This document shows, one piece after another, positions 55,137 to 64,000 of a stretch of 64,000 nucleotides of DNA. The position numbers were made by a program, and so were the translations under genes. Source of the DNA: Oscillospiraceae bacterium (lineage in GTDB: Bacteria > Bacillota > Clostridia > Oscillospirales > CAG-272); the NCBI GenBank assembly GCA_015064255.1, contig SVSP01000009.1, positions 4,062 to 68,061 of the forward strand. Direction: 5' to 3'. Position 1 is the stretch's first letter, and every line of letters starts with the position of its first letter. The notes under the pieces are model-generated. The model ran no database searches. It saw nothing but the letters and a program-made list of their open reading frames with translations, and had not been told where the DNA came from.

Positions 55137-55302
55137 AGTTGTAATTTCCTTTCGTTTTTTATTTAACAATCTTATTATAGAACTATTTTTACAAAAAGTC
55201 AAGATCATATTGAAAATATCTTTTTACCTATCCGCCGTCTTGACTTCACGGTTATTATTATGGTATAATACAAAAAATATTATTTTATAGAGGTATTTAA
55301 CA

Positions 55303-56124
55303 ATGAAAAGCGTTGGAAAAATAATATTCTTCGTAGTTGCAGCTCTTTTAGCGGTCGCTGTTGTGTGCTACTTACTGTATGAAATAATCGTTCTCAACAA
55401 ATTCGATTCATCTTCTCTTTTTAAAGCTCTTCTCATTCTTGCATCCCTTGCGGTATCCGTATTCAAAGTAGTTACCGGTACAAATGCCCGAAAAGTATCT
55501 GTAAAAGTATATCGTGACAGCTACCGAGATATTATCGGTGATGCTTTTGCAAACGATTCAAAGCGTGAAAATACATTTTTTACAGCAGTAAATTTCTATC
55601 AAACAAACGCATATTCAAAAGCACTAAAATTTCTTGATAAATCGGAAACTGAATCGCAAAACAGTAATGAACGCTTTGCTGTTTATTTCTTTAAGGCTCT
55701 TTGTTATACCGATATCGGTGTATATACAGAGGCAATTTCTTATTATGAAAAGGCACTGTTTTTAAAAGAACACACAACGGCTTACTTAAACATCGGATTT
55801 TGCCAAAAGAGTCTCGGAAAGCTCGATCTTGCCATAGAAGCATATCAAAACGCAATAAAAATCGCTCCCGATAATGCCAACGCATATAACAATATTTCCG
55901 CCGCTTATATAGATAAGGGTGAATACGAGATCGCGCTTGAATATGCCGAAAAAGCACTCTCTTACAATGCAAAGCTGCACCCTGCTCATTCTGCCAAAGC
56001 AATATGCTTCGCAGTACTCGGAGAAAGAGAAAAATGCAAAGAGGCTTTTCGACTAGCCGTTTTATCGGGTGCAAATAAAGAATCTCTTTTAAACATACTT
56101 AAAACTTTGGATATTGAATTTTAA
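55303..56124 (+). CDS. TPR-repeat protein with an N-terminal membrane anchor
   Basis: Two N-terminal TM segments, then repeated A..YY.KAL / AI..Y..AI...P.NA.AYNN patterns typical of TPR. Confidence 0.7.
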   Translation: MKSVGKIIFFVVAALLAVAVVCYLLYEIIVLNKFDSSSLFKALLILASLAVSVFKVVTGTNARKVSVKVYRDSYRDIIGDAFANDSKRENTFFTAVNFYQTNAYSKALKFLDKSETESQNSNERFAVYFFKALCYTDIGVYTEAISYYEKALFLKEHTTAYLNIGFCQKSLGKLDLAIEAYQNAIKIAPDNANAYNNISAAYIDKGEYEIALEYAEKALSYNAKLHPAHSAKAICFAVLGEREKCKEAFRLAVLSGANKESLLNILKTLDIEF

Positions 56125-56138
56125 TTTTGCGGAAAGAT

Positions 56139-56591
56139 ATGAGAAAAACGGAAAACGTAATACTCACAAATATGTGTATGGTCTATAGCGGCAGTAAGAT
56201 ACTCGTACAAGACCGTCTTGACCCCAAATGGCCGGGCATAACATTTCCCGGCGGGCACATTGAACCCGGCGAATCATTTATAAAATCAACCATACGCGAA
56301 GTAAAAGAAGAAACCGGACTTGACATATCCGATCTGCGGATTTGCGGAGTAAAGCAGTTCACGAGCATTGACAACTCCTACAGATACATAGTTTTCTTTT
56401 ACAAAACAGACATATTTACAGGAAAACTCAAATCGTCGGATGAAGGAAATGTCTTTTGGATAGAACGAAGCGAGCTTAACAGCTACACATTAGCAGAGGG
56501 CTTTGATAAAATGCTTGAAATTTTTGAAAACGACGGGCTTTCGGAAAACTATCATTACTTTGACACCGAGTGGAAGTGTGAGAATTTATAA
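56139..56591 (+). CDS. NUDIX hydrolase
   Basis: Nudix box GGHIEPGESFIKSTIREVKEETGL. The track start is TTG 56127; ATG 56139 is the first ATG. Confidence 0.8.
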   Translation: MRKTENVILTNMCMVYSGSKILVQDRLDPKWPGITFPGGHIEPGESFIKSTIREVKEETGLDISDLRICGVKQFTSIDNSYRYIVFFYKTDIFTGKLKSSDEGNVFWIERSELNSYTLAEGFDKMLEIFENDGLSENYHYFDTEWKCENL

Positions 56592-56688
56592 AATCACATA
56601 AATAAAAAACGACCGATTTTAAAATCGGTCAGGAAGTATAGACAAAATAATAAAAGAAAAACTTTTAGCCAAGGAAAAGGGTTGGGAG

Positions 56689-56720
56689 ATTGAGGGAAAA
56701 CCCATAGGTTTTCCCTCAAT
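56689..56720. other. perfect 14-bp hairpin in the intergenic region
   Basis: ATTGAGGGAAAACC-cata-GGTTTTCCCTCAAT. Confidence 0.7.
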
Positions 56721-56745
56721 TAATTTTAATGATTTTATCTACACA

Positions 56746-56777
56746 TTGACCGCTGTTTTGCAAACGGTCAATTTTTT
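56746..56777 (+). terminator. hairpin + T-run (plus-strand terminator candidate for the TPR/NUDIX transcript)
   Basis: TTGACCG ... CGGTCAA followed by TTTTTT. Confidence 0.55.
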
Positions 56778-56787
56778 ATACTAATTA

Positions 56788-57729
56788 TCAGACAAGCTTA
56801 TTTTCATCCCTTAATGCAGTAAGCTTTTCGCCGTCAAGCGCAAGTCTGCAGATACGCGCAGTACGTTTATCGCCCTTGATTCTGCCGTCATCCTTAACGT
56901 CGCGTCCGTGGTAGATAACGTAATATTCTCCGTCATATTTTATTACGCTGTTATGGCCTGTTCCTTCTTCATATTCGTTTTTGGAAATGAGGGGAGAATA
57001 TGTATTTTCATCGGGATATTTTGTGAATTTTATTTTTGTAAGGTCTGTTTCAGACGTTTTTGCCACTGCGTAACCGAGATAATAATATTCGTTCTGATAG
57101 CAGTTACCCGAATATATCACGTAATGATAATCGCCTTCGCGGAAATAGAACGCGCCTTCAAGAGTATGCCAATGCTGTCCCTTCTTAAACCTGTCACGCA
57201 TAAATATCTCTTCGTCAAGCGTCGGTCGTACTACAGAAACGGGATCTCCGCAAACTTCGTAGGGATTTTTCATTTTATCTACTACAACGTACGTTCCCGC
57301 ACGGTCTGCCTCGTAATCGTTTACAGAATAGAAGATAAAGAGTCCGCTTTCGTTTTCAACCACGTGAGAGTCTATTGAGAAAGGTGCGATCAGCTTTTTA
57401 GCGTTTACAAAAGGTCCGTTCGGAGTATCGGAAGAAGCCACATGCATAGTCTGAAGATGAACGTCCTCTTCATTTATATCCATAAAGGAAACGTACATAT
57501 AGTATTTTCCGTTAGTGTAAATAACCGAGGGTGCCCAATATTCTTTCCCGTTTTCCACCGAGAATACAACACCTATATCTTCGTATTCACCGCAAAGCTC
57601 ATTTGATTTGAATGCGTGAACTCCGTCGCCTCCCGTAACGTACATATAGAAGCATCCGTCACTCGCCCTGATAAGATAGGGGTCAGCCTGTGATGAATAA
57701 TTCCCTTCTTTATACTGAATAAGTTTCAT
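56788..57729 (-). CDS. glycoside hydrolase family 43-like protein
   Basis: 313 aa. SQADPYLIRASDGCFYMYVTG and EYWAPSVIYTNGKYYMYVS resemble the first GH43 propeller blades. Confidence 0.65.
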   Translation of the reverse strand: MKLIQYKEGNYSSQADPYLIRASDGCFYMYVTGGDGVHAFKSNELCGEYEDIGVVFSVENGKEYWAPSVIYTNGKYYMYVSFMDINEEDVHLQTMHVASSDTPNGPFVNAKKLIAPFSIDSHVVENESGLFIFYSVNDYEADRAGTYVVVDKMKNPYEVCGDPVSVVRPTLDEEIFMRDRFKKGQHWHTLEGAFYFREGDYHYVIYSGNCYQNEYYYLGYAVAKTSETDLTKIKFTKYPDENTYSPLISKNEYEEGTGHNSVIKYDGEYYVIYHGRDVKDDGRIKGDKRTARICRLALDGEKLTALRDENKLV

Positions 57730-57770
57730 AATTTTATTTCCTTTCTTTTTTTCATTTTATATTTATTATT

Positions 57771-58121
57771 TTAAATACACAAAGAATAAGCCAAAGCCAA
57801 AATACTGACACCGAAGACAGCCAAACAGATCACCGCAGTGATTTTTGAAGCTTTTTTAAATTTTCCGGTATCGGAAAATTTATAGCTAAGCCACGAAAAT
57901 ACCGTTCCGACAGACAAAACGAGTGCGGTAAACAAGATTTCAAGAATAAGAGTGAAACCGTACGCAAGCTTTGCCACTACGTCCGAGATACCGTAATATT
58001 CGACACAGTGTATCGTAAAGACTATCAAAAGGATCAATCCCGAAATCAGGCAGACAATACTCGTTACTAAAAACATTAAGCCTTTATTTTTTGATCCGTT
58101 CATCAGTAAAATTCCCTTCAT
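57771..58121 (-). CDS. hypothetical small membrane protein (3-4 TM)
   Basis: 116-aa hydrophobic ORF, co-directional with its neighbours. No family recognised. Confidence 0.5.
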   Translation of the reverse strand: MKGILLMNGSKNKGLMFLVTSIVCLISGLILLIVFTIHCVEYYGISDVVAKLAYGFTLILEILFTALVLSVGTVFSWLSYKFSDTGKFKKASKITAVICLAVFGVSILALAYSLCI

Positions 58122-58138
58122 AACAATATATAAACTAT

Positions 58139-59248
58139 TTAGAAATGTTCAAAAGCACCGCACGGAGCTTTCGGGAACGCTATGAAGAAGTCCTCGCAAT
58201 TTCGATTTATTTTAACGCCGTCCATATATGATGCCGCAATCTCATCAACACCGTCATATCCGTAAACAAGGCGGGAAAATGCACCCGAAGAAAGAGTAAT
58301 ATCCGAGTCAGCATTATCGTCAAGGCGCGTTACCCTGCTGTCACCTCCGCCATAGCAGACCTTGTAAACACCTGCGGCTTTCGGAAGAATATCATCAACT
58401 CTTACCGTAAACTCGCCTTCTTTTTCGGGATAAGTCTTTGCCGAAAGTATCTTTTCGGTATTTATAACTCGTGCCATTATATCGGAAACTCTCGTGTACG
58501 AGGTGTGTGTATAATGTCTGAGAAGAAGCTCGACCTCGGGACACATAGCGATATTTGAAAATTCGATATCGTCAAATTCACCCTCGAACATTCTGAGAAA
58601 TGAGAATATCTCTCGAAGTGCATCGGATGAAGTATAAGCAAGCTCGTGTACTGTAAGAAGTCCCTCACCGAGATGGTTTACTATCATTTTCTGCGAAGAT
58701 GAATAGATTACGTACGCGATCGGTTCTCCGCCGTCATAGCAAACGTACACGGTACGCTTATCGTTAAGATAATATTTCGGATCGTTTCTCGGCAAAAGAA
58801 GGTTTCTTCCCTTCGAAAATCTTTCATATACCTTTAAAACATCTGCATATTTACTCTCATCGTACGGAACAAACTTGCATCTGCGAGGTACAAAATCGAT
58901 AAGTCTTGTCGGAAAGCGCACTATCAGATGGTCTGAGACCTTTTCATATCCGAACTTTCTGTAATATGCATAAGAAAACGGATGAAGAAGTGCCACCGCA
59001 ACGTCTTCTTCTGTTGCAAGTGCGTGCATATAGTCAAACATCTTACGTACGTTTCCGCCTCTGCGGTTATGTACGGGAGTACCTATTCCGCCTGCCAGCA
59101 TTGTTTTAATTTTAGTATTCGAATAACTTGTACCAAGAAATACAAATCTACCGCCCGAAAGCTGTTCATTATTTTCATTTGTGGCTGCAAGCCTTATTAT
59201 CGAAGAATTTTCATCATCTTTTCTGTAAAGCACGGTAATTTCTGACAT
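58139..59248 (-). CDS. Eis-like GNAT acetyltransferase with a C-terminal SCP2-like domain
   Basis: 369 aa; GIGTPVHNRRGGNVRKMFDYM (acetyl-CoA motif A). Length and layout resemble Eis-type enzymes. Confidence 0.55.
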   Translation of the reverse strand: MSEITVLYRKDDENSSIIRLAATNENNEQLSGGRFVFLGTSYSNTKIKTMLAGGIGTPVHNRRGGNVRKMFDYMHALATEEDVAVALLHPFSYAYYRKFGYEKVSDHLIVRFPTRLIDFVPRRCKFVPYDESKYADVLKVYERFSKGRNLLLPRNDPKYYLNDKRTVYVCYDGGEPIAYVIYSSSQKMIVNHLGEGLLTVHELAYTSSDALREIFSFLRMFEGEFDDIEFSNIAMCPEVELLLRHYTHTSYTRVSDIMARVINTEKILSAKTYPEKEGEFTVRVDDILPKAAGVYKVCYGGGDSRVTRLDDNADSDITLSSGAFSRLVYGYDGVDEIAASYMDGVKINRNCEDFFIAFPKAPCGAFEHF

Positions 59249-59353
59249 AGTAGTCCTCCGTTTATAAGTTTTTATTATTATACATCAAGAAACACGCTAT
59301 GTAAAGTAGTTTTAGGAAAAGTTTTTACTGACCTGTGTATTGACTTAATTATA

Positions 59354-59382
59354 TTGACATATTAACTCACGTTTGATATAAT
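59354..59382 (+). promoter_or_regulatory. promoter of the esterase gene
   Basis: TTGACA (59354-59359), 17-nt spacer, TGaTATAAT (TATAAT 59377-59382). Confidence 0.7.
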
Positions 59383-59433
59383 ATACGTGTAATTCTTTAC
59401 AAAATTTGCCAATAAAGCAAAAGGAGAATAAAA

Positions 59434-60543
59434 ATGAGTGTTAAAATTTTAGGAAAGCTTCCCGACCCTTTTAAAAAAGAAGACGGAACTCGTATGACAC
59501 CCGACGAGTGGTATGCGCAAAGAGATGAACTGTTCTGCAAAATATGCGATATAGAATTCGGAGGAATGCCTCCCCGTCCCGAGGTCGTTAAAGTAACAAG
59601 ACTCACCGCACCGCGCGCTGACGGCGGCACAAACGTATATAAAATTTGGGCAGGAACAAAGGAAAAACAGGTATCTTTTCTGCTTGACGTCACAGCACCT
59701 GCATCAAAGCTCGACGGAAGTGTAAAATTTCCTCTTCTTCTCACAGGTGACGGATGCTATACTACCTGCGAAAGTGACACTATCGAAAAAGCCAAATCAC
59801 TTAATATCGCTGTTGCACGCTTTAACAGACTTGAGCTTGCAAACGACGACAAGGGTGCAGGACGTGTCGGCGGTCTTTATGAGATTTATCCCGAACATAA
59901 GACGTTTACCGCCATTTCTGCTTGGGCGTGGGGGTATATGACGGTTATGGACGCTCTTTCTTATATTCCTAACGTTGACGCCGAAAACGTCGGAATCACA
60001 GGTCATTCGCGCGGAGGTAAGACCGTTATGCTCGCAGCCGCTGCCGACACGCGCATAAAATTCGTTTGTCCCAACAACAGCGGATGCCACGGTGCCGCAA
60101 GCCACAGACTCAAGTGCGCGGCGACCGAATACAGCGGAAGAAGTGAGGAGCTTTCCGATATGTTCAAAAACTTTCCGCACTGGATGGGCGAAAAGCTTGA
60201 AGCTTACGTTGGCAAAGAAGAAACCCTTCCCTACGATATGCACTTTTTCGGTGCCCTTACTGCCCCGAGATTCTATATTCAGTTTGAGGGAATGCAGGAT
60301 TACTGGATAAATCCCAAGGGCGCATGGATGAACTTCTGCGGAGTAAAGGAGGCTTACCGCTATCTCGGATGCGAGGACAATGCCGCGGCGTGGTTCAGAC
60401 CGGGTACACACAGACACAAGCTTCCCGACTTTTCCGAATTTCTTGAGTTTATGCGCTCAAAAATTAACGGAAGACCCACCGCAGAGCATCTGAAAATAAA
60501 TCCCTATCCCGAGCTTAACATAGATACAGATTGGACAAAATAA
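59434..60543 (+). CDS. alpha/beta hydrolase, CE15 glucuronoyl-esterase-like
   Basis: 369 aa. GITGHSRGGKTVMLAAA resembles the G-x-S-R-x-G-K nucleophile elbow of CE15 esterases. Sits among xylan/arabinan genes. Confidence 0.5.
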   Translation: MSVKILGKLPDPFKKEDGTRMTPDEWYAQRDELFCKICDIEFGGMPPRPEVVKVTRLTAPRADGGTNVYKIWAGTKEKQVSFLLDVTAPASKLDGSVKFPLLLTGDGCYTTCESDTIEKAKSLNIAVARFNRLELANDDKGAGRVGGLYEIYPEHKTFTAISAWAWGYMTVMDALSYIPNVDAENVGITGHSRGGKTVMLAAAADTRIKFVCPNNSGCHGAASHRLKCAATEYSGRSEELSDMFKNFPHWMGEKLEAYVGKEETLPYDMHFFGALTAPRFYIQFEGMQDYWINPKGAWMNFCGVKEAYRYLGCEDNAAAWFRPGTHRHKLPDFSEFLEFMRSKINGRPTAEHLKINPYPELNIDTDWTK

Positions 60544-60557
60544 ATCTCGATAATAAA

Positions 60558-60600
60558 AAACGATGATTTCAGACCTTATGTCTTAAGCCATCGTTTTTTT
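60558..60600. terminator. terminator between convergent esterase and TRAP genes
   Basis: AAACGATG ... CATCGTTT stem with a structured loop, A-run before and TTTTTTT after. Confidence 0.7.
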
Positions 60601-60633
60601 ATTATTTAGTATCGGATATTTCAGTTTTCAAAG

Positions 60634-62619
60634 TTATACTGAAACGGCGAGCTTTTCCTTTGTTTTTTTCTGAAAGAACTGCCACACAAATACCAAAGCT
60701 ATAAGTGTAACGCCTATAATATCTGTAATCGGATTCGGGTCTATAAGAAGTATTCCGCTTACCGCTGCGATTATTCGCTGAGCAGGATTCATATTTGTGA
60801 ATATATACCCTTCAAGCGCAGCAGAAACACCGAATATACCTATCAAAGAGGTTATTATTATAAGAATTACCTGCATTGGTCCTGTAACACCTTCGAAGAG
60901 CATTACGGGGCTGAGTGCAAATGCATACGGTACGATAAACGCTGCTATCGCAAGCTTTGTGGATACGAATGCTGTCTTCATCGGGTTGGATTGTGCGATA
61001 GCAGAACCTGCATATGCCGCAAGTGCAACGGGAGGAGTAAGGTCTGCAACTATACCGAAATAGAATACGAAGAAATGTGCCGCTATAGCGGGAACACCCA
61101 TTCGTACGAGTATCGGAGCACAGGTTGCCGCCATTATACAGTAGTTTGCTGTTGTAGGAACACCCATTCCGAGTACGATACAGCAAAGCATAGTAAGCAC
61201 GAGAGCTACTATGATCTGATCGCCCGCAAATGCAACTATTCCGTTTATAAGCACGTTTGCAAGACCTGTTGCAGTTATAGTTCCTGCTATAATTCCCGCT
61301 ATACCGCACGCAGCGGCAACTGCTATCGTGCCCTGCGCACCTGCGGCAAGAGCTTCAAGCAGACGCTTTGGCGTGATACGGCTTTCTTTATTGAACATAC
61401 TTACAACTATTGCCGCTATAATAGCGATAGCCGCGGAAGTTTGAATAGTACGTGTACTTGTGCCAACAAGATATATAAGAAGTGCAAGCGGTATAAGCAG
61501 ATACACCTTTTTTATAAGAGGCTTCCAATCGGGAATTTCTTCCTTGGAAAGTCCGCGAAGACCATGCTTCTTTGCTTCAAGGTGAACCGCAATAAATACA
61601 CCTGCGAAATAGAGTATTGCGGGAAGAATTGCTTTAACGATAATAGTACTGTAACCGAGCGAGAGGTTTTCAGCCATAAGAAAGGCTGCCGCGCCCATAA
61701 TAGGAGGCATTATCTGTCCGCCCGTCGAAGCTGCTGCTTCGGCTGCCGCCGCAAATTCGGGCTTATATCCCGTCTTTTTCATAAGCGGAATGGTTATTGA
61801 GCCGCTTCCTACAGTGTTTGCAACCGAAGAGCCCGACACCATACCCTCAAGCGCACTTGCAACGACCGCAACCTTTGCAGGTCCGCCGGAAAATCCACCA
61901 ACAACCACATTAGCTGCTTTGATAAAGAAGTCGGCAATACCCGTACGTTCAAGGAACGCGCCGAATATGATAAACACAACGATAAACTTCGAGCAAGCGT
62001 TAATAGGCGTTGAAAGTATGCCTTCCTTTGAGTAGAAGAGTGTACGTATAAGAGTATTTATTCTTCCTGTAAACGAGGGGTTGGAGAGTCCCCAGAAAAG
62101 TGCGTATATTATAAACGCAGATGCGACTATAAGTATCGGAAGTCCAACGCTTCGTCTGCATATTTCAGCAAGTGCGATAATTCCTATAGCAGCAATAATG
62201 ATCTGATATACTTCAAGCTTTGCACCCTGCTTAATTATAGTCTGTGCAAAGAAAGTAAAATACAAAAACGATGACGTACCGAGCACCATCAAAACAATGT
62301 CATACCAAGGCATACGGTTGACCTTCTGAACGCCCTTTTTTGCGGGAAATACTATATAACCTATCATAATGATAAGCGCCACAAAGGACGTAAGGCGCAC
62401 TTCTTCAAGCCAAGTAGCAAACAAGGTCACGTAAATACAAAATAGCGAAAAAGCGGCAAGAACAGAAGTAACTATCCATTTGGGAACACCTTCCCAGATA
62501 CGGACGTTCGATTCCCTGTCGTACTTTTTCATAACAGCATCAACGTCTGCCGCCATTTTTTCTTCAGCATCAAGCACTACCGTTTCATTTTCTATGTTTT
62601 CGGGAGTATTTTTTGACAT
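60634..62619 (-). CDS. TRAP transporter fused permease (TAXI-associated 4TM/12TM fusion type)
   Basis: About 660 aa, very hydrophobic, immediately downstream of a TAXI solute receptor gene. Start at MSKNTPENI with an AAAGGAAA RBS. Confidence 0.8.
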   Translation of the reverse strand: MSKNTPENIENETVVLDAEEKMAADVDAVMKKYDRESNVRIWEGVPKWIVTSVLAAFSLFCIYVTLFATWLEEVRLTSFVALIIMIGYIVFPAKKGVQKVNRMPWYDIVLMVLGTSSFLYFTFFAQTIIKQGAKLEVYQIIIAAIGIIALAEICRRSVGLPILIVASAFIIYALFWGLSNPSFTGRINTLIRTLFYSKEGILSTPINACSKFIVVFIIFGAFLERTGIADFFIKAANVVVGGFSGGPAKVAVVASALEGMVSGSSVANTVGSGSITIPLMKKTGYKPEFAAAAEAAASTGGQIMPPIMGAAAFLMAENLSLGYSTIIVKAILPAILYFAGVFIAVHLEAKKHGLRGLSKEEIPDWKPLIKKVYLLIPLALLIYLVGTSTRTIQTSAAIAIIAAIVVSMFNKESRITPKRLLEALAAGAQGTIAVAAACGIAGIIAGTITATGLANVLINGIVAFAGDQIIVALVLTMLCCIVLGMGVPTTANYCIMAATCAPILVRMGVPAIAAHFFVFYFGIVADLTPPVALAAYAGSAIAQSNPMKTAFVSTKLAIAAFIVPYAFALSPVMLFEGVTGPMQVILIIITSLIGIFGVSAALEGYIFTNMNPAQRIIAAVSGILLIDPNPITDIIGVTLIALVFVWQFFQKKTKEKLAVSV

Positions 62620-62647
62620 AAAAATTTCCTTTCTCGAAATAATAGTA

Positions 62648-62674
62648 ACCGCCACCGGCAATGCCGGTAGCGGT
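62648..62674 (-). promoter_or_regulatory. intercistronic GC-rich hairpin between receptor and permease genes
   Basis: ACCGC-ca-CCGGC-aat-GCCGG-ta-GCGGT; no U-run on the coding (minus) strand. Confidence 0.5.
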
Positions 62675-62703
62675 TTTGCCTAAAATTAACGGCTTAAGCT
62701 GTC

Positions 62704-63663
62704 TTATTCGGTTTCAACTGTTATTCCCTTTTCAGCGAAATAACGAGCTGCACCTGCGTGGAAAGGAGCGTTCATACCGCTTGTTGCATTTTCGAGGCTG
62801 AGCTCAGCACCCTTTGCGTGCTCTGCGGAAATAGCTTCGGTATTATCAAAGATAGCCTTTGTGATCTGATATACTGTTTCTTCGTCGAGATCTGCCGAAA
62901 CTATAAGTGTAGCCTTAACAGTAATAGTTTTTACGTCAGCTGTCTGACCCTTGTACGTATTAGCGGGAATTGTATATTCTGTGTAATAAGGGCAGTTTGC
63001 CATAATAGAAGATGCGATATCGCCATCGATAGGAACAAGATAAGCATCTGTTGTTGTCATAAGCTCAACAACTGCGGGAGTGGGAGCACCTGCAACGATG
63101 AACGCAGCTGCAATCTTTCCGTCCTTAAGGCTATCAACGCTGTCGTTGAAGCTCTGGTACTGTGCTACGATATCATCTTCTGTAAGTCCTGCAGCGCCAA
63201 GTACGTCAATTGCATTGAAGTAAACGCCCGAGCCGGGAGCACCGATAGAAACAGCCTTGCCCGCGAGGTCGGAAACGCTCTTGATTTCGGGATCCATAGT
63301 GATAAGCTGAACGGCTTCTGCATAAAGACCGCCAATAACTCTGAAGGAGTCAACTTTTCCGGAATCCTTGAATATGTTTGTTCCGTCCCAAGCATACGCC
63401 ATAACGTCAGACTGAACTGTTGCAAGCTGATAGTCGCCTGCGGCAATACCTTCGATATTAGCCTTGGAACCATCGGTAGAAACAGCTACGCAAGAAACAC
63501 CGGCATTATTTTCGATATACTGACCGAGAATAGCACCGAACTGATAATAAGTACCGCCTGTACCGCCTGTACCCATAGTTACCTTACTTGCACCGCCGCA
63601 AGAAGCGAGAACGAAAACAAGCGCGAGTGTGAGCGCAACGAGTGTAAACAATCTCTTTTTCAT
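62704..63663 (-). CDS. TAXI-family TRAP transporter solute receptor (lipoprotein)
   Basis: Lipobox LASCGG; MGTGGTGGTYYQFG motif characteristic of the TAXI family. Start at MKKRLFTL with a GGAGG RBS. Confidence 0.85.
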   Translation of the reverse strand: MKKRLFTLVALTLALVFVLASCGGASKVTMGTGGTGGTYYQFGAILGQYIENNAGVSCVAVSTDGSKANIEGIAAGDYQLATVQSDVMAYAWDGTNIFKDSGKVDSFRVIGGLYAEAVQLITMDPEIKSVSDLAGKAVSIGAPGSGVYFNAIDVLGAAGLTEDDIVAQYQSFNDSVDSLKDGKIAAAFIVAGAPTPAVVELMTTTDAYLVPIDGDIASSIMANCPYYTEYTIPANTYKGQTADVKTITVKATLIVSADLDEETVYQITKAIFDNTEAISAEHAKGAELSLENATSGMNAPFHAGAARYFAEKGITVETE

Positions 63664-63785
63664 AAATATACCTCCAAAATGGATATTTAAATATAATTTT
63701 CTATTATTATACACGATTGTTTCATATAATGCAATATTTTTTTCGAAGAAAATAGAAAAAATTTAATAATTTTTCAGTTTAAAGT

Positions 63786-63825
63786 AAAAAACAGCAGACA
63801 CAGGTAATTTTAATGTGTCTGCTTT
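63786..63825 (-). terminator. terminator of the partial minus-strand gene
   Basis: AGCAGACACA / TGTGTCTGCT stem; a U-run follows on the minus strand. The stop codon lies in the loop. Confidence 0.65.
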
Positions 63826-64000
63826 AAAAGCTTCACAAAATCCTCAGCCTCATAATAGGTGATATTGCCTACGCTATAGCCGCTGTGTATCTCACTCTTA
63901 CCATCTTTATCTGACGTTTTATCAATATACAAAACGTGGTTGGGTGTTGGGTGAACTATAATTATATGCTTTCCTTTTGAATCATCAAAATCGGGAAAAG
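63810..64000 (-). CDS. hypothetical protein, C-terminal 63 codons only (N-terminus beyond the window edge)
   Basis: Hand-translated minus frame ...FPDFDDSKGKHIIIVHPTPNHVLYIDKTSDKDGKSEIHSGYSVGNITYYEAEDFVKLLKQTH-stop (TAA = plus TTA 63810-63812). Confidence 0.4.
   Translation of the reverse strand, partial: FPDFDDSKGKHIIIVHPTPNHVLYIDKTSDKDGKSEIHSGYSVGNITYYEAEDFVKLLKQTH

Noticed and set aside
54090-55166. Long plus-strand ORF (358 aa) overlapping the fucO-like gene. Similar long antisense ORFs occur at 36638-37744 (368 aa), 34755-35705, 50828-51697, 62758-63690, 60991-61800, 8504-9187, 20828-21481, 47052-47708 and 5474-6025.
   Set aside because: Each lies antisense to an ORF with clear family motifs and a good RBS. 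Their translations are Cys/Ser/Phe/Asn-rich and low in complexity, with no RBS and no recognisable motif. They are typical shadow ORFs.

Overview
This 64-kb chromosomal segment looks like a medium/low-GC Firmicute. Gene content, GGAGG ribosome-binding sites and TTGACA/TATAAT promoters suggest Clostridia, possibly Ruminococcaceae/Oscillospiraceae, but that is inference only.

Most of the window is ordinary plant-polysaccharide and sugar catabolism:
- Glycoside hydrolases: two GH43, one GH5, three GH39-like paralogs, GH32 with a fructokinase, GH36 and GH2.
- Sugar operons: araBDA and uxuA-uxuB.
- Other carbohydrate genes: sugar-phosphate isomerases, a CE15-like esterase and a TAXI-type TRAP transporter.

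Housekeeping genes are interspersed: polA, nrnA, zupT, a LOG-family gene, tRNA-Leu(CAA) and tRNA-Thr(GGT). There is also a Zn/Cd-type metal efflux operon (ArsR/SmtB repressor, HMA protein, P1B-ATPase), followed by a minimal SufC/SufB-like pair.

I saw no rRNA, CRISPR array, transposase, integrase or phage genes.

The parts that merit a second look:
1. A two-gene module at about 23.9-26.4 kb next to tRNA-Leu, with codon usage unlike its neighbours. It encodes an ABC-class single-Walker ATPase and an overlapping small XRE HTH protein. A strong promoter, a 19-codon uORF and two tandem terminators precede it.
2. A visibly AT-rich orphan block at 27.4-30.4 kb after tRNA-Thr. It starts with an array of ATGAAATC/GATTTCAT 8-mers.
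3. REP-like hairpin elements, including a perfect 22-bp inverted repeat. The repeat brackets a single self-contained, apparently highly expressed gene for a lectin-like surface protein (37.9-39.3 kb).
4. A 280-nt ORF-free, hairpin-dense region (39.9-40.2 kb) whose duplicated 14-bp stems differ by four compensatory pairs.
5. A DegT-family aminotransferase interrupted by one in-frame TAG.
6. A sigma-70/ECF-like factor with a roughly 350-aa C-terminal extension.

None of these can be assigned a function from sequence alone. All family calls rest on motifs I recognised by eye, not on database searches.
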